A stretch of DNA of 64,000 nt from Saprospiraceae bacterium (GTDB lineage: Bacteria; Bacteroidota; Bacteroidia; Chitinophagales; Saprospiraceae). A program made the position numbers and the translations under genes. Position 1 is the first letter of the stretch; each line of letters begins with the position of its first letter. Under the pieces are notes generated by a model. It was not told the DNA's origin. It worked only from the letters and a program-made list of their open reading frames with translations, and ran no database searches. Below, in pieces: positions 35,952-47,305 of this stretch. The stretch covers positions 1,737 through 65,736 of the forward strand of contig JBGAVH010000021.1 of assembly GCA_044228225.1 (NCBI GenBank), given 5' to 3'.

Positions 35952-36761
35952 TCATGCTACCTCTTGAATTTTATTATTGTTGATGTTAAGTTTAACCGGC
36001 ATAATAAAATCTTTTTCATGATAATAGATACGCCAATTTCCTTCATCATATTCTAGTGCAGATAGATTCTCCACCCAATCACCACTATTCATGTAAGTAA
36101 CTTGCTTATCATCACGGACGATCGTTTCAATTTTAGGCTGGTGAATATGCCCGCATACCACAAAATCAAATTGTTCATTGAATGCATGGTCAATAGCCAT
36201 TAGTTCAAAGTCCCCAATAAACTTCACAGCGCGTTTGACTTTAGATTTAACAATTGCTGATATGGACATTTTTTGTCTTCCCATTTTGACTAAGATTCGA
36301 TCAATGACCCTATTCAATCGAATGAGCATATCATAGCTCTTTCCACCTAATTTAGCTATCCAGGGGGAAATGAGTACGCTTGCATCAAAGACATCCCCAT
36401 GAAAAAACCAATATAGCTTTCCACCTAATTTAATAATGAGTTTATCTCTTAAAAAAATATTTCCTGTTCTGAAATTAGTATATTTTCTTAGATGATCATC
36501 GTGATTTCCAGTCAAGTAATAAACTTTGGTACCCTTTCTGGATAACTTCAAAATATATTGAATCACTTTAATATGCTCCTGGGGAAAATAGGATTTTCTA
36601 AATTGCCACATATCAATAAAATCACCATTGACGATAAGTACATCGGTGTGGATGGAGTGCAAATAATCATTCAGCTCCTTTGCATGACATCCATATGTAC
36701 CTAAATGAACATCGGATATAACTACGCAATCTAAATTTCTTTTCAATGGAATTTTTTTCAA
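35952..36761 (-). CDS. LpxH-like calcineurin-type metallophosphoesterase (UDP-2,3-diacylglucosamine diphosphatase or PlcP-like lipid phosphoesterase)
   Basis: The metallophosphoesterase motifs are present: VISDVHLG, NGDFIDMW, GNHDD, GDVFD and CGHIH. Confidence 0.75.
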   Translation of the reverse strand: MKKIPLKRNLDCVVISDVHLGTYGCHAKELNDYLHSIHTDVLIVNGDFIDMWQFRKSYFPQEHIKVIQYILKLSRKGTKVYYLTGNHDDHLRKYTNFRTGNIFLRDKLIIKLGGKLYWFFHGDVFDASVLISPWIAKLGGKSYDMLIRLNRVIDRILVKMGRQKMSISAIVKSKVKRAVKFIGDFELMAIDHAFNEQFDFVVCGHIHQPKIETIVRDDKQVTYMNSGDWVENLSALEYDEGNWRIYYHEKDFIMPVKLNINNNKIQEVA

Positions 36762-36924
36762 AATTACTAGATTAAGAATAACTAAATTTTACTTATATAT
36801 TAAATAAATATTAAATATATTATAATAGCATAATTGTACTAAACAAAATGACCTGAAATCTAAAAAAGAAAGCATATCAGGAATGATCTGATATGCTTTC
36901 ACCACAAATGAAAAAAACAATGTA

Positions 36925-38745
36925 CTATTCTACAATCAGTTTCTGAGCAATGCCATCCAACTTAATAATATATATTCCAGATATTAAATGATCCAAACTT
37001 ACATGATCAGTATCTACGCCATGCAACAATAGATTTCCTTTAATATCAAATATCCCAAAAGAATTTACTTTATGTCCAAAAGTTAATTGACCATTAGATA
37101 TTGGATTTGGATAAATGAAATTACGATTTAAGGTATTTTCAATCTCTTTGGTAGAAGTAGTTAAATTTACCAATATCGGATTATCTAAAAAATTGGCACC
37201 AGACAATGCCGGTGAATTTGCAACAGGTTTGAAATCCGGTGTAGTGGATGCTGCAACAGGATTAACCAATAAAGTACCAGCTGTAAAGTCTACTGGATTG
37301 ATATTATTAGCCAAAGATCCAGTTTGTCTCACCCAAGCATTAACAGCTTCTAATTTGTTTTTTGAATTAGAAGCTCTGGCTACTTCTACTAATCCGTTTG
37401 CTGTAGTATCCGTAGAAGAGGTATATGCACTTGCTGTATTACAAATTAAATTGTTGGTAAAAAAGATTTGTTCTTTAACATCTACCGGAGTATTTGGATT
37501 AACTAAATTCAATGCAGCAGGGAAATTAGTTTTCCTTATACAACTATCTCCATCCATCAACAGAAAATTTCTATATCCCATGAAAATACTATTTACAATT
37601 CTAATACTAGAATTTCTACGTATTCTAGCACCACGTCTGAAAGCTGCTTTAGTTACTGTATTCATTTGAGAATAAGTTGATCCAATAGGAACCGGGCCAA
37701 CCATAGTAAAATTAGAAAAGATTGCAGATGTCACTGGTCGAACCGCAGCAGTACCAGTAGCTTCATTATCACTTTCAAAACCTTCAGAAGTAGACCCTCC
37801 AGATGTAGCACCATAAGTTAAATCATAATAAGCAGAATCTCTTACCCCAAGGCCAAATTGGTTGATGCCAGAATAACCATTATCGGTATCAAAATCATCA
37901 TCTGTTCCTTTGTATGCAATTAAATGATGTCCATTGACACTACCACCAAACCATTCAAAAGAATCATCACCAGAATAAGAGACTTGAACATAGCCTAATT
38001 TAGTAGCTGATCCAACAGCACCTAAAGTTAATCCATTAATTTCCTTATTGGTCTCGAATGCTAATCCGCCAAATTCAATTCTTAAATAACTGATTTCACC
38101 TGAATTATCATTATTATCCGTTCCTCCAAATCTTGCTAAGGTTGGATCAAAGGATACATTATTAAATCCTTCCATCTGAATATTATTATTCGTGGTACCA
38201 TCTAATAAATTATGATAGGCTTTACCAGCAAGTAAAATTCCTCCCCAATCTCCTCGATCTCTTAATCCAATTCCTTTATTAGAAGTAAATACAACCGGTA
38301 GTTTTTCTGTACCTAAAATATTAATTTTACCACCACGCTCTACAACGATACAAGAATAATTTTTAGGTGTTGAACTAATGTCAGATTGTGCTCTAATTAT
38401 AGTTCCAGCAGGAATAGTTAATTCGCCACTATTTCGCACTACGATGATACCTTTTAAAAGGTAAACAACATTAGCATCCAGAGTAACTGATCCTAATATT
38501 TCCTTTTCTCCAAGAATGGGTAGTCCTGCTACCATACCATTTAAAGTGGTGGTATCAGTAGCGGCAGGATAAGCTGTATTTTTTGGATCCCAATTAGTCC
38601 AATTTTGTGTCCAGTCAGTAGCAGAATCACTTGACAATGCTCCAACATATGAAGTAGCCTTCAATTTAAAGCCTGTTTGAGCATAGGAAACGGAAGTCAT
38701 CAAAAGGGTGAACAATAAAACAAAACATGTAAATACTTTTTTCAT
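36925..38745 (-). CDS. Secreted protein with T9SS C-terminal sorting domain, partner of the upstream TonB-dependent receptor
   Basis: The 606-aa protein has a signal peptide and the C-terminus IYPNPISNGQLTF...IIKLDGIAQKLIVE. It lies 37 nt downstream of the receptor gene. Confidence 0.75.
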   Translation of the reverse strand: MKKVFTCFVLLFTLLMTSVSYAQTGFKLKATSYVGALSSDSATDWTQNWTNWDPKNTAYPAATDTTTLNGMVAGLPILGEKEILGSVTLDANVVYLLKGIIVVRNSGELTIPAGTIIRAQSDISSTPKNYSCIVVERGGKINILGTEKLPVVFTSNKGIGLRDRGDWGGILLAGKAYHNLLDGTTNNNIQMEGFNNVSFDPTLARFGGTDNNDNSGEISYLRIEFGGLAFETNKEINGLTLGAVGSATKLGYVQVSYSGDDSFEWFGGSVNGHHLIAYKGTDDDFDTDNGYSGINQFGLGVRDSAYYDLTYGATSGGSTSEGFESDNEATGTAAVRPVTSAIFSNFTMVGPVPIGSTYSQMNTVTKAAFRRGARIRRNSSIRIVNSIFMGYRNFLLMDGDSCIRKTNFPAALNLVNPNTPVDVKEQIFFTNNLICNTASAYTSSTDTTANGLVEVARASNSKNKLEAVNAWVRQTGSLANNINPVDFTAGTLLVNPVAASTTPDFKPVANSPALSGANFLDNPILVNLTTSTKEIENTLNRNFIYPNPISNGQLTFGHKVNSFGIFDIKGNLLLHGVDTDHVSLDHLISGIYIIKLDGIAQKLIVE

Positions 38746-38782
38746 AATTAAACTATTTTTTATACTTAATAAATATTATTCA

Positions 38783-41575
38783 TTAAAAATTATATGACAG
38801 TGATAAGGTAGATTGCCAGGCTGTACTATATTTAAATAGGGTACGATCACCACCAACTTCATCAAAGTGCTTATTATTATTTGTATCCTGGTAATACAAT
38901 TGTTGTTCATGAAAAAGATCTGAACAAGTAATTTTAAGACTAAATTTCTTGAAGGACCTGGCCACCTGAAGATCTAATACAGATCTTGGAGCTTCAAAAA
39001 TATCTTGTCTGGTTTGACCATATTTAGGGTCCACTCCAACATATGCAATTCTTCTTCCAGTCCTGTTCATCATAACATTTGCAGACCATTTTTTATCTTC
39101 ACTTTCATATTGTAATCCTACATTGACAATATAAGGAGATTGTCCTTGTAAAGACCTATTTGCTAAAGCTTTGGAACCTTCATTAAATTGTAGCGAAGAT
39201 TTGACTAAGGTAAAATTACACAATACGGCAAATTGATTAAACACCTTATGTCTTCCTAAAAAATTCAAATTCTTTCTCATTTCAAATTCCAATCCCGAAA
39301 TTTTTGCTGCCTTTTCATTTTGATAGGTAAACGTTGTAAATGGTTGCGCAATATCAATACTAAATTCGACTGGATTTTGGATATACTTTTGAAACACACC
39401 CAAAGAAATGAGTTGTACTCCGGAAGGATAAAACTCCCATCTTAAATCTATATTATGAAGTGTTGCAATTTTTAAATTTTTGTTTCCTTTAATATCAGCA
39501 TTCTTGTCAAACACATAAAATGCAAACGGTGCCAATTCTCTAAACTCTGGTCTATTGACCGATGCAAAATATGCAGCTCTCAAATTAATTCGTTCATTTA
39601 AATTATAAGTTAAATTGATGGATGGCAATAATGAAGATTTTAGTATTTGTGCAATTTCTGCATTAAATTTTTGGTTATCAACTTGTATATCAACCATTTC
39701 ATATCTGAAACCATAAGAAGATCTTAATTTACTCATCCATCGTTGATCAACGGATAGGAAAGCAGCAGAAACATTGGATTGACCATGATAATAGGCTATA
39801 TCATCAGAAGTTTTCTCCACTAAATATAATTGATCAGCTCCTATATGTTTACCAGCTAGATCAATTGCAGGATTTAATGTAATTTCATCATTCAATACAC
39901 CACCATATACAAAACTTCTGCCATTGAAATCACGATTTCTATATTGATAAAATCCTCCAAGTTTAATATTAGATTTAAATCTATCATTAAAACCTTTTGA
40001 AAGTTCAAGTGACGATCCTATAACATCTTCTAACAATTCAGAATAATACCGACCAGTACTAGAATTAAAAAAATCACCTGTAGATAAATTAAATTGGGAA
40101 TCATCTTGTGATTTGGTATAAGATGCAATTCTATAATCCGGTGTCTTACGACAAATATTGGAATAATTTACACTTGCATTTAGATTCAAGGCTGTAGCTG
40201 AAGTCCCGAATATTTGTTTAAAAGAAAGTATGCTATTCGTAAGGCGATTAAAATTAACAAAATTGGCTAGGTTGTTTACATCAATACCATCTGTTATATT
40301 AGCTTTACCTGTACGTACAATAGTATTTCGATCTAAATTTGAATTGAACAAATTTCTAAAACTCAGTTGACTCTTTGCACCAACAAAATTAATATTAAAA
40401 ATAGCTCCCTCACTTGAATTTCTCTGATACAATTGATCATTAAAGTCGGACACTTGACCACTGCCATCATATGAGCTAATTTCTCCAGATTGTACTTTTC
40501 TCGTGTCGGAATAATTTAAAGCTAACAAAAACCCTAGTTTATTATTATTTTTCAGAGCAATTGGAAAACCCAACACATACGAAAATCTTGGATTGAGCGG
40601 TGAATTAATTTCTTTATTCTCCCAATCATGATTGAATAACTTCGATGTTTCTCCTAATCTTTGTTTTTCAAGTAATGAAGGAAAACTGGTTGTCGTTTTT
40701 AATTGTCCTTCTTCCAATTTTGGTAAAGATCTTTTAGAATTCAAAATATGAAATTGTTCTCCAGCATATGAAGAAAATTCTTTGAAATTTTTGAATGATC
40801 CTGTAGATGTATAATGCGCTCCAATAGAAATACTTTGAGTATAAGATTCAGGAACTGCCTTAGTATTTATTCTGATAATACCGCCACCAAAATCACCTGA
40901 CAATTCAGGAGAACCAGCTTTGATTATCTGAACATTATCAATTAAAGCTGCGGGAACAACATCAAATGAGAAAGCTTTTCGATCAGCTTCTGTGGATGGC
41001 AATAAAGTATTATCCAAATATCCGGCATTATATCGATCATTCATTCCTCTAATTATAGCAAATTTTCCTTCTTGAATTGATGCTCCCGTCACTCGTTTTA
41101 ATACATCGGAAACATTTCTATCCGGAGTTTTGCGAATGATATCAGATGAAATTCCATCAGAAATTACGGCAGCATTTCTTTTGGCTTGAATGAGTGAAAG
41201 TGATGATGATTTTTCAACTTTGGAAGTTATTACTACCTCATTCAAATCCACCTTTTCTTCACCAATCGCCATATCAAGGTGCGTAATTTCATTAGCTTGA
41301 ATCGTTACTGGAGCTTGTTCTGTTTTATAACCTGTATATTTTATTGATACATTATAATTCCCTACTGGTAGATCTAATTTATAATTCCCTTCTACATCAG
41401 TCGTTGTTCCAAAAGAAGTGCCATCTACGACGATTATTGCACCTATTAATTCACCTACTGATGCTGTAGTTTTATCTACAATTTTTCCTACTAATTTACC
41501 TTTGCCGGATTGGGCTTGAACCGAAATTTGGAAGGTAAAAAGAAGACTAAATATTAATAGGGTATACTTTCTCAT
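38783..41575 (-). CDS. TonB-dependent outer-membrane receptor with CarboxypepD_reg-like N-terminal domain
   Basis: A signal peptide starts at the internal ATG 41575 (MRKYTLLIFSLLF). The segment GKIVDKTT...VEGNYKLDLPVGNYNVSIKYTGYK looks like a carboxypeptidase-regulatory domain. It is followed by a plug-like region, a long beta-barrel and a terminal aromatic residue (...LSYNF). Confidence 0.85.
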   Translation of the reverse strand: MRKYTLLIFSLLFTFQISVQAQSGKGKLVGKIVDKTTASVGELIGAIIVVDGTSFGTTTDVEGNYKLDLPVGNYNVSIKYTGYKTEQAPVTIQANEITHLDMAIGEEKVDLNEVVITSKVEKSSSLSLIQAKRNAAVISDGISSDIIRKTPDRNVSDVLKRVTGASIQEGKFAIIRGMNDRYNAGYLDNTLLPSTEADRKAFSFDVVPAALIDNVQIIKAGSPELSGDFGGGIIRINTKAVPESYTQSISIGAHYTSTGSFKNFKEFSSYAGEQFHILNSKRSLPKLEEGQLKTTTSFPSLLEKQRLGETSKLFNHDWENKEINSPLNPRFSYVLGFPIALKNNNKLGFLLALNYSDTRKVQSGEISSYDGSGQVSDFNDQLYQRNSSEGAIFNINFVGAKSQLSFRNLFNSNLDRNTIVRTGKANITDGIDVNNLANFVNFNRLTNSILSFKQIFGTSATALNLNASVNYSNICRKTPDYRIASYTKSQDDSQFNLSTGDFFNSSTGRYYSELLEDVIGSSLELSKGFNDRFKSNIKLGGFYQYRNRDFNGRSFVYGGVLNDEITLNPAIDLAGKHIGADQLYLVEKTSDDIAYYHGQSNVSAAFLSVDQRWMSKLRSSYGFRYEMVDIQVDNQKFNAEIAQILKSSLLPSINLTYNLNERINLRAAYFASVNRPEFRELAPFAFYVFDKNADIKGNKNLKIATLHNIDLRWEFYPSGVQLISLGVFQKYIQNPVEFSIDIAQPFTTFTYQNEKAAKISGLEFEMRKNLNFLGRHKVFNQFAVLCNFTLVKSSLQFNEGSKALANRSLQGQSPYIVNVGLQYESEDKKWSANVMMNRTGRRIAYVGVDPKYGQTRQDIFEAPRSVLDLQVARSFKKFSLKITCSDLFHEQQLYYQDTNNNKHFDEVGGDRTLFKYSTAWQSTLSLSYNF

Positions 41576-42421
41576 AGATTTCAGGTTTGTGAATATATAT
41601 ATGTTGATTTTCAAACTTAGCACAAAAGTCTTACTTCAATATTACCAAATTGTTAAGCCAATATGTTGTTTGTGTTAAATGTGAAAAACTCTACGATATC
41701 ATTATAGCACTTACGAAAAATTGTAAAATATAAATGAGGCTATAAAGTTTAAATTATAATAAGCTGCAATATTTTTTCAATTGGCTTTCTACAATATTAA
41801 GATGGTTTTATTTAGCTCTTTTGATATTGTTGAAAAAACAACAAGCTTGATCTTGTGATTTTACCATAAAACAATTCATTAATAATAGGGCCAGTAATAT
41901 TATAACTCTCATTTATAAAGCTTAAACTTTATGCAAAAGTGCGTCGAATTATATCAATTCTAGTCCATTCGAACATTATGATATTGTTATCTAAATATTA
42001 AGAAATTGGAATATATTTATTTTCGTAATTTAATAAAATAAATAATCCTCTGAGTGATTTGAACCTTTTAAGTGCTATTTGGAGGTGCAGTTAGGAAGGT
42101 GAATGTGAGAATAAGTTTAGCTTAATTCTAAAAAATACAGCATGAAAAATTTTTTGTTTTATAGCATTTAAATAGAATTAATCGGAATGTTCTAAACCAA
42201 TTAATTTTTGCTACGTATAGATTTAATGTGAATCATTTCCATTTCATAAACAAAGTTGAAGATATTAATGTATCGAATGAGAAACTAAAAAATGGATACT
42301 CGTTGTCATTTCATTTTGAAAATGATAACAATATCTATAAAGATTTAAAAAATTACAACGCCTATAATGGTAAAATAATTTACAATGTCTCTGATTTCTT
42401 TTCCAGTAATTTCGTTATTGA

Positions 42422-42475
42422 AAATTCGCAATTGATTTCCTTTTCTTTATTTCATAATTGACAAATCATAATTGA
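42422..42475. repeat. CGCAATTG/CATAATTG word cluster just downstream of the BNR gene stop
   Basis: The sequence aaattcgcaattgatttcc...ttcataattgacaaatcataattgag resembles aaattcgtaattgattttcc in the 32372-32522 block. Confidence 0.55.
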
Positions 42476-42481
42476 GTCTAC

Positions 42482-44666
42482 CTATCCCTTAAACAATTTA
42501 CCTACCGATAAAGATTTATTATCTGAAATCAATTTATAAATATAAATACCTTGTGGTAAATCTTCATCAAGTCTGATTGTATGATACTCTTGCATTAGAT
42601 CTTCTTTAACAATTAATCTTCCTTGAGCATCAAATAGTTCAATACTGCTACGATGATCAAGATTGCTTTTCACTATTAGATACTCATTGAATGGATTTGG
42701 AAAGATACTAATTTCATTTGAGAACACTGATACATTATCTGACACTAAAGGTTTTACTGTCTTATATAAGCCATCATACTGTATTGATGCATAGACATGA
42801 TTTTCTGAATCTGAAAAAAGTGAATTCAAATAACAAATATCAGTTCTAAAAATATCCAAGCCGTCAGTAAAATCTTCCCAATTCATACCACCATCTCTTG
42901 ACAAAAAAATACCTTCGCCATATACAAAACCTGCTACCATTTTCTCATTTAGGTCAAATAAAGTAGTGTATTGGGGTTTAAATTGATTACCATTCACTGG
43001 AATAAAATTGATTAAATCATAACTTAAATAAACATTATTAACTCCTTTATAAATGCCACTTATTAAAAAGCCACCAAATTTATTTGGAATTATATGAATC
43101 ACATTGTTAAAATCTTTAAATCGATCATCAACATCCCATGATTGACCATAATCTGAACTTGAATATACTTTATTTAAGAAAAAATTATAACTAAGCAATT
43201 TTCCATTTTGATCATTGATTAGATTTCTAATAATTGGAAAATTCTTATTTGGAATATTTTGCCATGTATCGCCATTATCTTTTGTAAAAAATAATGACCG
43301 ATCAGTTTTTACACCCCATGAATCTACATTAAAATTGTATAACTCAGTGAATGACTTGGCTTTTGAATCAAAATGCATCGCATCAAATTCCTTCCATGTT
43401 TCAGTATGATCTAATGAGCGAAATAATTTGTTATGTGATTTATCTAAACAAAAAAATACACCTGTCTTTGATTTAATAATGGCATCAGTTGGACTATTAT
43501 TAATTAAATACGGCTGCCAAGACTTAGAATCGTCATCTGAATAAATAAAAGCACTATTACAAGTATTTTCCTTTGCAAATAATCGACTTAAATTTGACTT
43601 TGTTACTTGACCATAATCCAAATTAGAAAATTGAATATCTAATTCCTCCCATTGCAAGGATTGAGGTGTTAAAATATAAATAAACATGTTTTCGCAAGAA
43701 TCAATTACTTGCATAGTTGCAAACGTAGTATCTGAAATGGTAATATTTTTTATTCTATTATCTATTGGAAAATGATTCCCAAAGGCACGAATCTGGATCC
43801 ATTTATTCCCATCATCATTAGAAAAATAAAATGATTCATCTGCTTGCATTACTAAGTTACCTTGTTGGGTTAAATATAATTTTCTAATGTTAGCATATGG
43901 AACTTTTAATATATCATAAACTACCCTCTTAAAACTTGAAGCATCATCATCTGAAATATATAATCCAGTTCTAGTAGGACATAATATAGTACCCTTTCTC
44001 GTAATGATAATAGAATAAGCGCTATTGGCAACTTGCAAAGTATCCAATTGAATAAATTCCCTAGTTTTTGTATTTAACTTATAGATACTATATTTCGAAT
44101 TTGATCCATTGTTTGTGATTATATAATTAAGGCTATCAGTATACATAAAATAATTAGCTATATAATCTGGTGTTTTAAATATTAATTCCTTTTGTGAAAA
44201 AATTTTAGTATATTGATATAATTCGTTGGTATAGTAATAATAATAAATTCCTGAATCATCATATTTAATGTCCGTTTCTGATGTACCTATCTGAACAGAT
44301 TCTGTAGGATTTATGTAATTATAGCTTTGACCATTCACCTTTCGAGCACCTGGAATCCCACTCCAAAAAAAGAATTCAATTAAACTATCTTGGTGATCTA
44401 TTAATAGTCGTTTATGCATATTAGATGCATAATATTTAAAAGTGTCCAGTATAATGGAATTCCATGATTGCCCATAATCCACAGATTCCAATAATATGTT
44501 CCGACCATAAACCGCTGCATAAATAGCACCAGATTTCGACATAACTAAATCTTCAATTTTTATTTTGTGGATATTATCTAATCTGACCCACTTTTCTTGT
44601 GCCATGAGCTGAATTACACCATTATTTAACAAAAGTAAAGCCCATAATATGGGCTTTACAATCAAA

Positions 44667-44683
<17 letters not shown>
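42482..44683 (-). CDS. BNR/Asp-box repeat (sialidase/Vps10-like beta-propeller) protein with T9SS C-terminal sorting domain
   Basis: Seven SxDxGxxW Asp-boxes are present (SVDYGQSW, SNDDGNKW, SDDDSKSW, SLDHTETW, TKDNGDTW, SSDYGQSW, SRDGGMNW). The C-terminus is IFPNPFNEYLIV. Confidence 0.85.
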
Positions 44684-45548
<865 letters not shown>

Positions 45549-45723
45549 AAATTAAAATTTTACGGTTAAAAAAAACATGTTCCAAACTATGAAACAGGTG
45601 TTAAAATGTAAATTGCAATTACTTTCAAATATACAATAATAAATTAGATATCCTAATTATTTTCAAACTTATTTTTTAATACTTTCAATTATTTTATAGA
45701 TACAATAAAGACGCAAATTTTTG

Positions 45724-45843
45724 AAATTCGCAATTGACAATACGTAATTGAAATTCACATCTCGTAATTCGCAATTATAAATTCTTAATTGTTTCAATAA
45801 TTCGTAATTGTTTCAATAATTCGTAATTGACAATTCGTAATTC
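45724..45843. repeat. CGTAATT/CGCAATT word cluster with tandem 19-mer and the shared 23-mer
   Basis: GTTTCAATAATTCGTAATT occurs twice in tandem (45791-45828). The exact 23-mer TTCGTAATTGACAATTCGTAATT is at 45820-45842. The block ends about 10 nt before the stop codon of the 416-aa gene. Confidence 0.8.
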
Positions 45844-45853
45844 TACTTTCGTT

Positions 45854-47104
45854 TTAATTTCCTGTATACAAATGAAACGTCTCTTCACCTGATTGCACGA
45901 ACACTTGTCCTGAATACGACAAGTCATTCAGATTGTATTCTGGTACGTTGGATTTATGAATGAGTCTGCCAAATAAATCGTAGATAAAAAACATGGCGTG
46001 TTCCGGATTAAAAATACTTAAATCATGAATCGCAAAAGTTCGTTGATTCTTGTATGCAATAGTCTGGATGGGGCTTTCAACAATGGTTTGATCTTTACAG
46101 ATAGCTTTGATTCTGTAGTAATATTTTCCTTGTTGTGATAATTGATCTTGGAAAAAATGGGTCGATGTTGCTTGCTTGTTTTCGATGGTATTCAATTGAA
46201 CCCAATCTGTAGAAGTTGAACTTCTCTCTATGATCATTTTTTTAACATCCAATTGGGCATTGAGACTCCAATTTAAATCAACGGTTGTATTATTGAGATG
46301 TGCATCAAAATGGATAAAACCAAAAGCCATGGGTGGTTGGAAATTCGCTACACACGTTTGATTATCGAGAAAGTCCTGAATCACAACTATGCTAGGATTG
46401 TTCCATGGTCTGCTGGTATTGGAATTCATAATATTAACTTCCGTGTTATAATGATTGGAGCTGGCACTATGGCCAATCCATTCATGACTGGATAAATCTA
46501 CATTGGGATTTTTACTGTTGACAAAACCAACTAACGAACCACCCGGAAGACACATTGTTCCTAAAAAGGAAACACCACGATTGGTATAATTTCCGGTATA
46601 AAAAATATAGTTATCATCATTCCCCGGGTACCCTTGGGCATCCACCCAATCATAAAAATTAATCAATGATGCAGCGATATCTGCACCATACGAAAATGGG
46701 GTTGCACCATCAAAGAATACAATTTCTGCTTCAGTGACGACATCCCAACTTGCAGATGCATTGTTAAATAAGATTTGTGCGTCTGTAAACACGCCATTCA
46801 AATAATTTCTTACACTGTCATTATTATTATATCCACCAGTTCGGCGGCGTTCGTAACTGGTATCCACATATATATGTATTTCCAAGTTGCCATTGTTAGA
46901 ACGAGTTTGAAATCGATTTTGATTCTTCTTCTCCATGCTTGAATAATATGCATCTAGTGGCTGCTTATAACGATCATATTCACAGGTCACGTGTGTTGGT
47001 TCAGCTAACTTCATGTCTTCAACAACATGAACTTGCCCAAACAGTGATGACATAATTAGAAAAGGAAATATTCTTAATGTCTGAATTAAATATAACTTTT
47101 TCAT
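45854..47104 (-). CDS. Secreted protein with possible degenerate metalloprotease-like region, Fn3-like domain and C-terminal sorting-type domain
   Basis: The 416-aa protein has a signal peptide. The SHEWIGHSASSNH segment resembles a zincin motif but does not match HExxH. An Fn3-like segment is present (VDLNWS...YYYRIKA). Confidence 0.6.
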   Translation of the reverse strand: MKKLYLIQTLRIFPFLIMSSLFGQVHVVEDMKLAEPTHVTCEYDRYKQPLDAYYSSMEKKNQNRFQTRSNNGNLEIHIYVDTSYERRRTGGYNNNDSVRNYLNGVFTDAQILFNNASASWDVVTEAEIVFFDGATPFSYGADIAASLINFYDWVDAQGYPGNDDNYIFYTGNYTNRGVSFLGTMCLPGGSLVGFVNSKNPNVDLSSHEWIGHSASSNHYNTEVNIMNSNTSRPWNNPSIVVIQDFLDNQTCVANFQPPMAFGFIHFDAHLNNTTVDLNWSLNAQLDVKKMIIERSSTSTDWVQLNTIENKQATSTHFFQDQLSQQGKYYYRIKAICKDQTIVESPIQTIAYKNQRTFAIHDLSIFNPEHAMFFIYDLFGRLIHKSNVPEYNLNDLSYSGQVFVQSGEETFHLYTGN

Positions 47105-47305
47105 AGCAAGAAGGTTTTAGATGATTTACATAAATAATAATTTTTAATATCGTATTTTCATATTTTAATAAATTTTAAAATCATAAATTTATTATTGCCG
47201 AATAAAATAAATTTATAAACTTATACTTTGATTCTTTTTTTTTATACTTAAACATTCCTATTTACAACTTTTATGAATAGGAATCATTCGTTAGCAAAGT
47301 GTCTA

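Noticed and set aside
37115-37669. 184-aa plus-strand ORF, plus 55429-55833 (134 aa) and other ORFs of 60-90 aa antisense to large cargo genes
   Set aside because: They lie antisense within long, repeat-structured, well-supported coding regions and have no motifs or signal sequences.
42228-42461. 77-aa ORF in the 860-bp intergenic region (and the 63-aa ORF at 15786-15977)
   Set aside because: Their composition is N/K/I/F-rich and indistinguishable from translated AT-rich non-coding DNA. They have no motif, and the 3' end of the first runs into the CGCAATTG word cluster. Both were left unannotated.
45854-47104. Calling the 416-aa protein a zinc metalloprotease
   Set aside because: The only candidate motif, HEWIGH, has HExxxH spacing rather than HExxH. 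I therefore keep only a metalloprotease-like note at low confidence.
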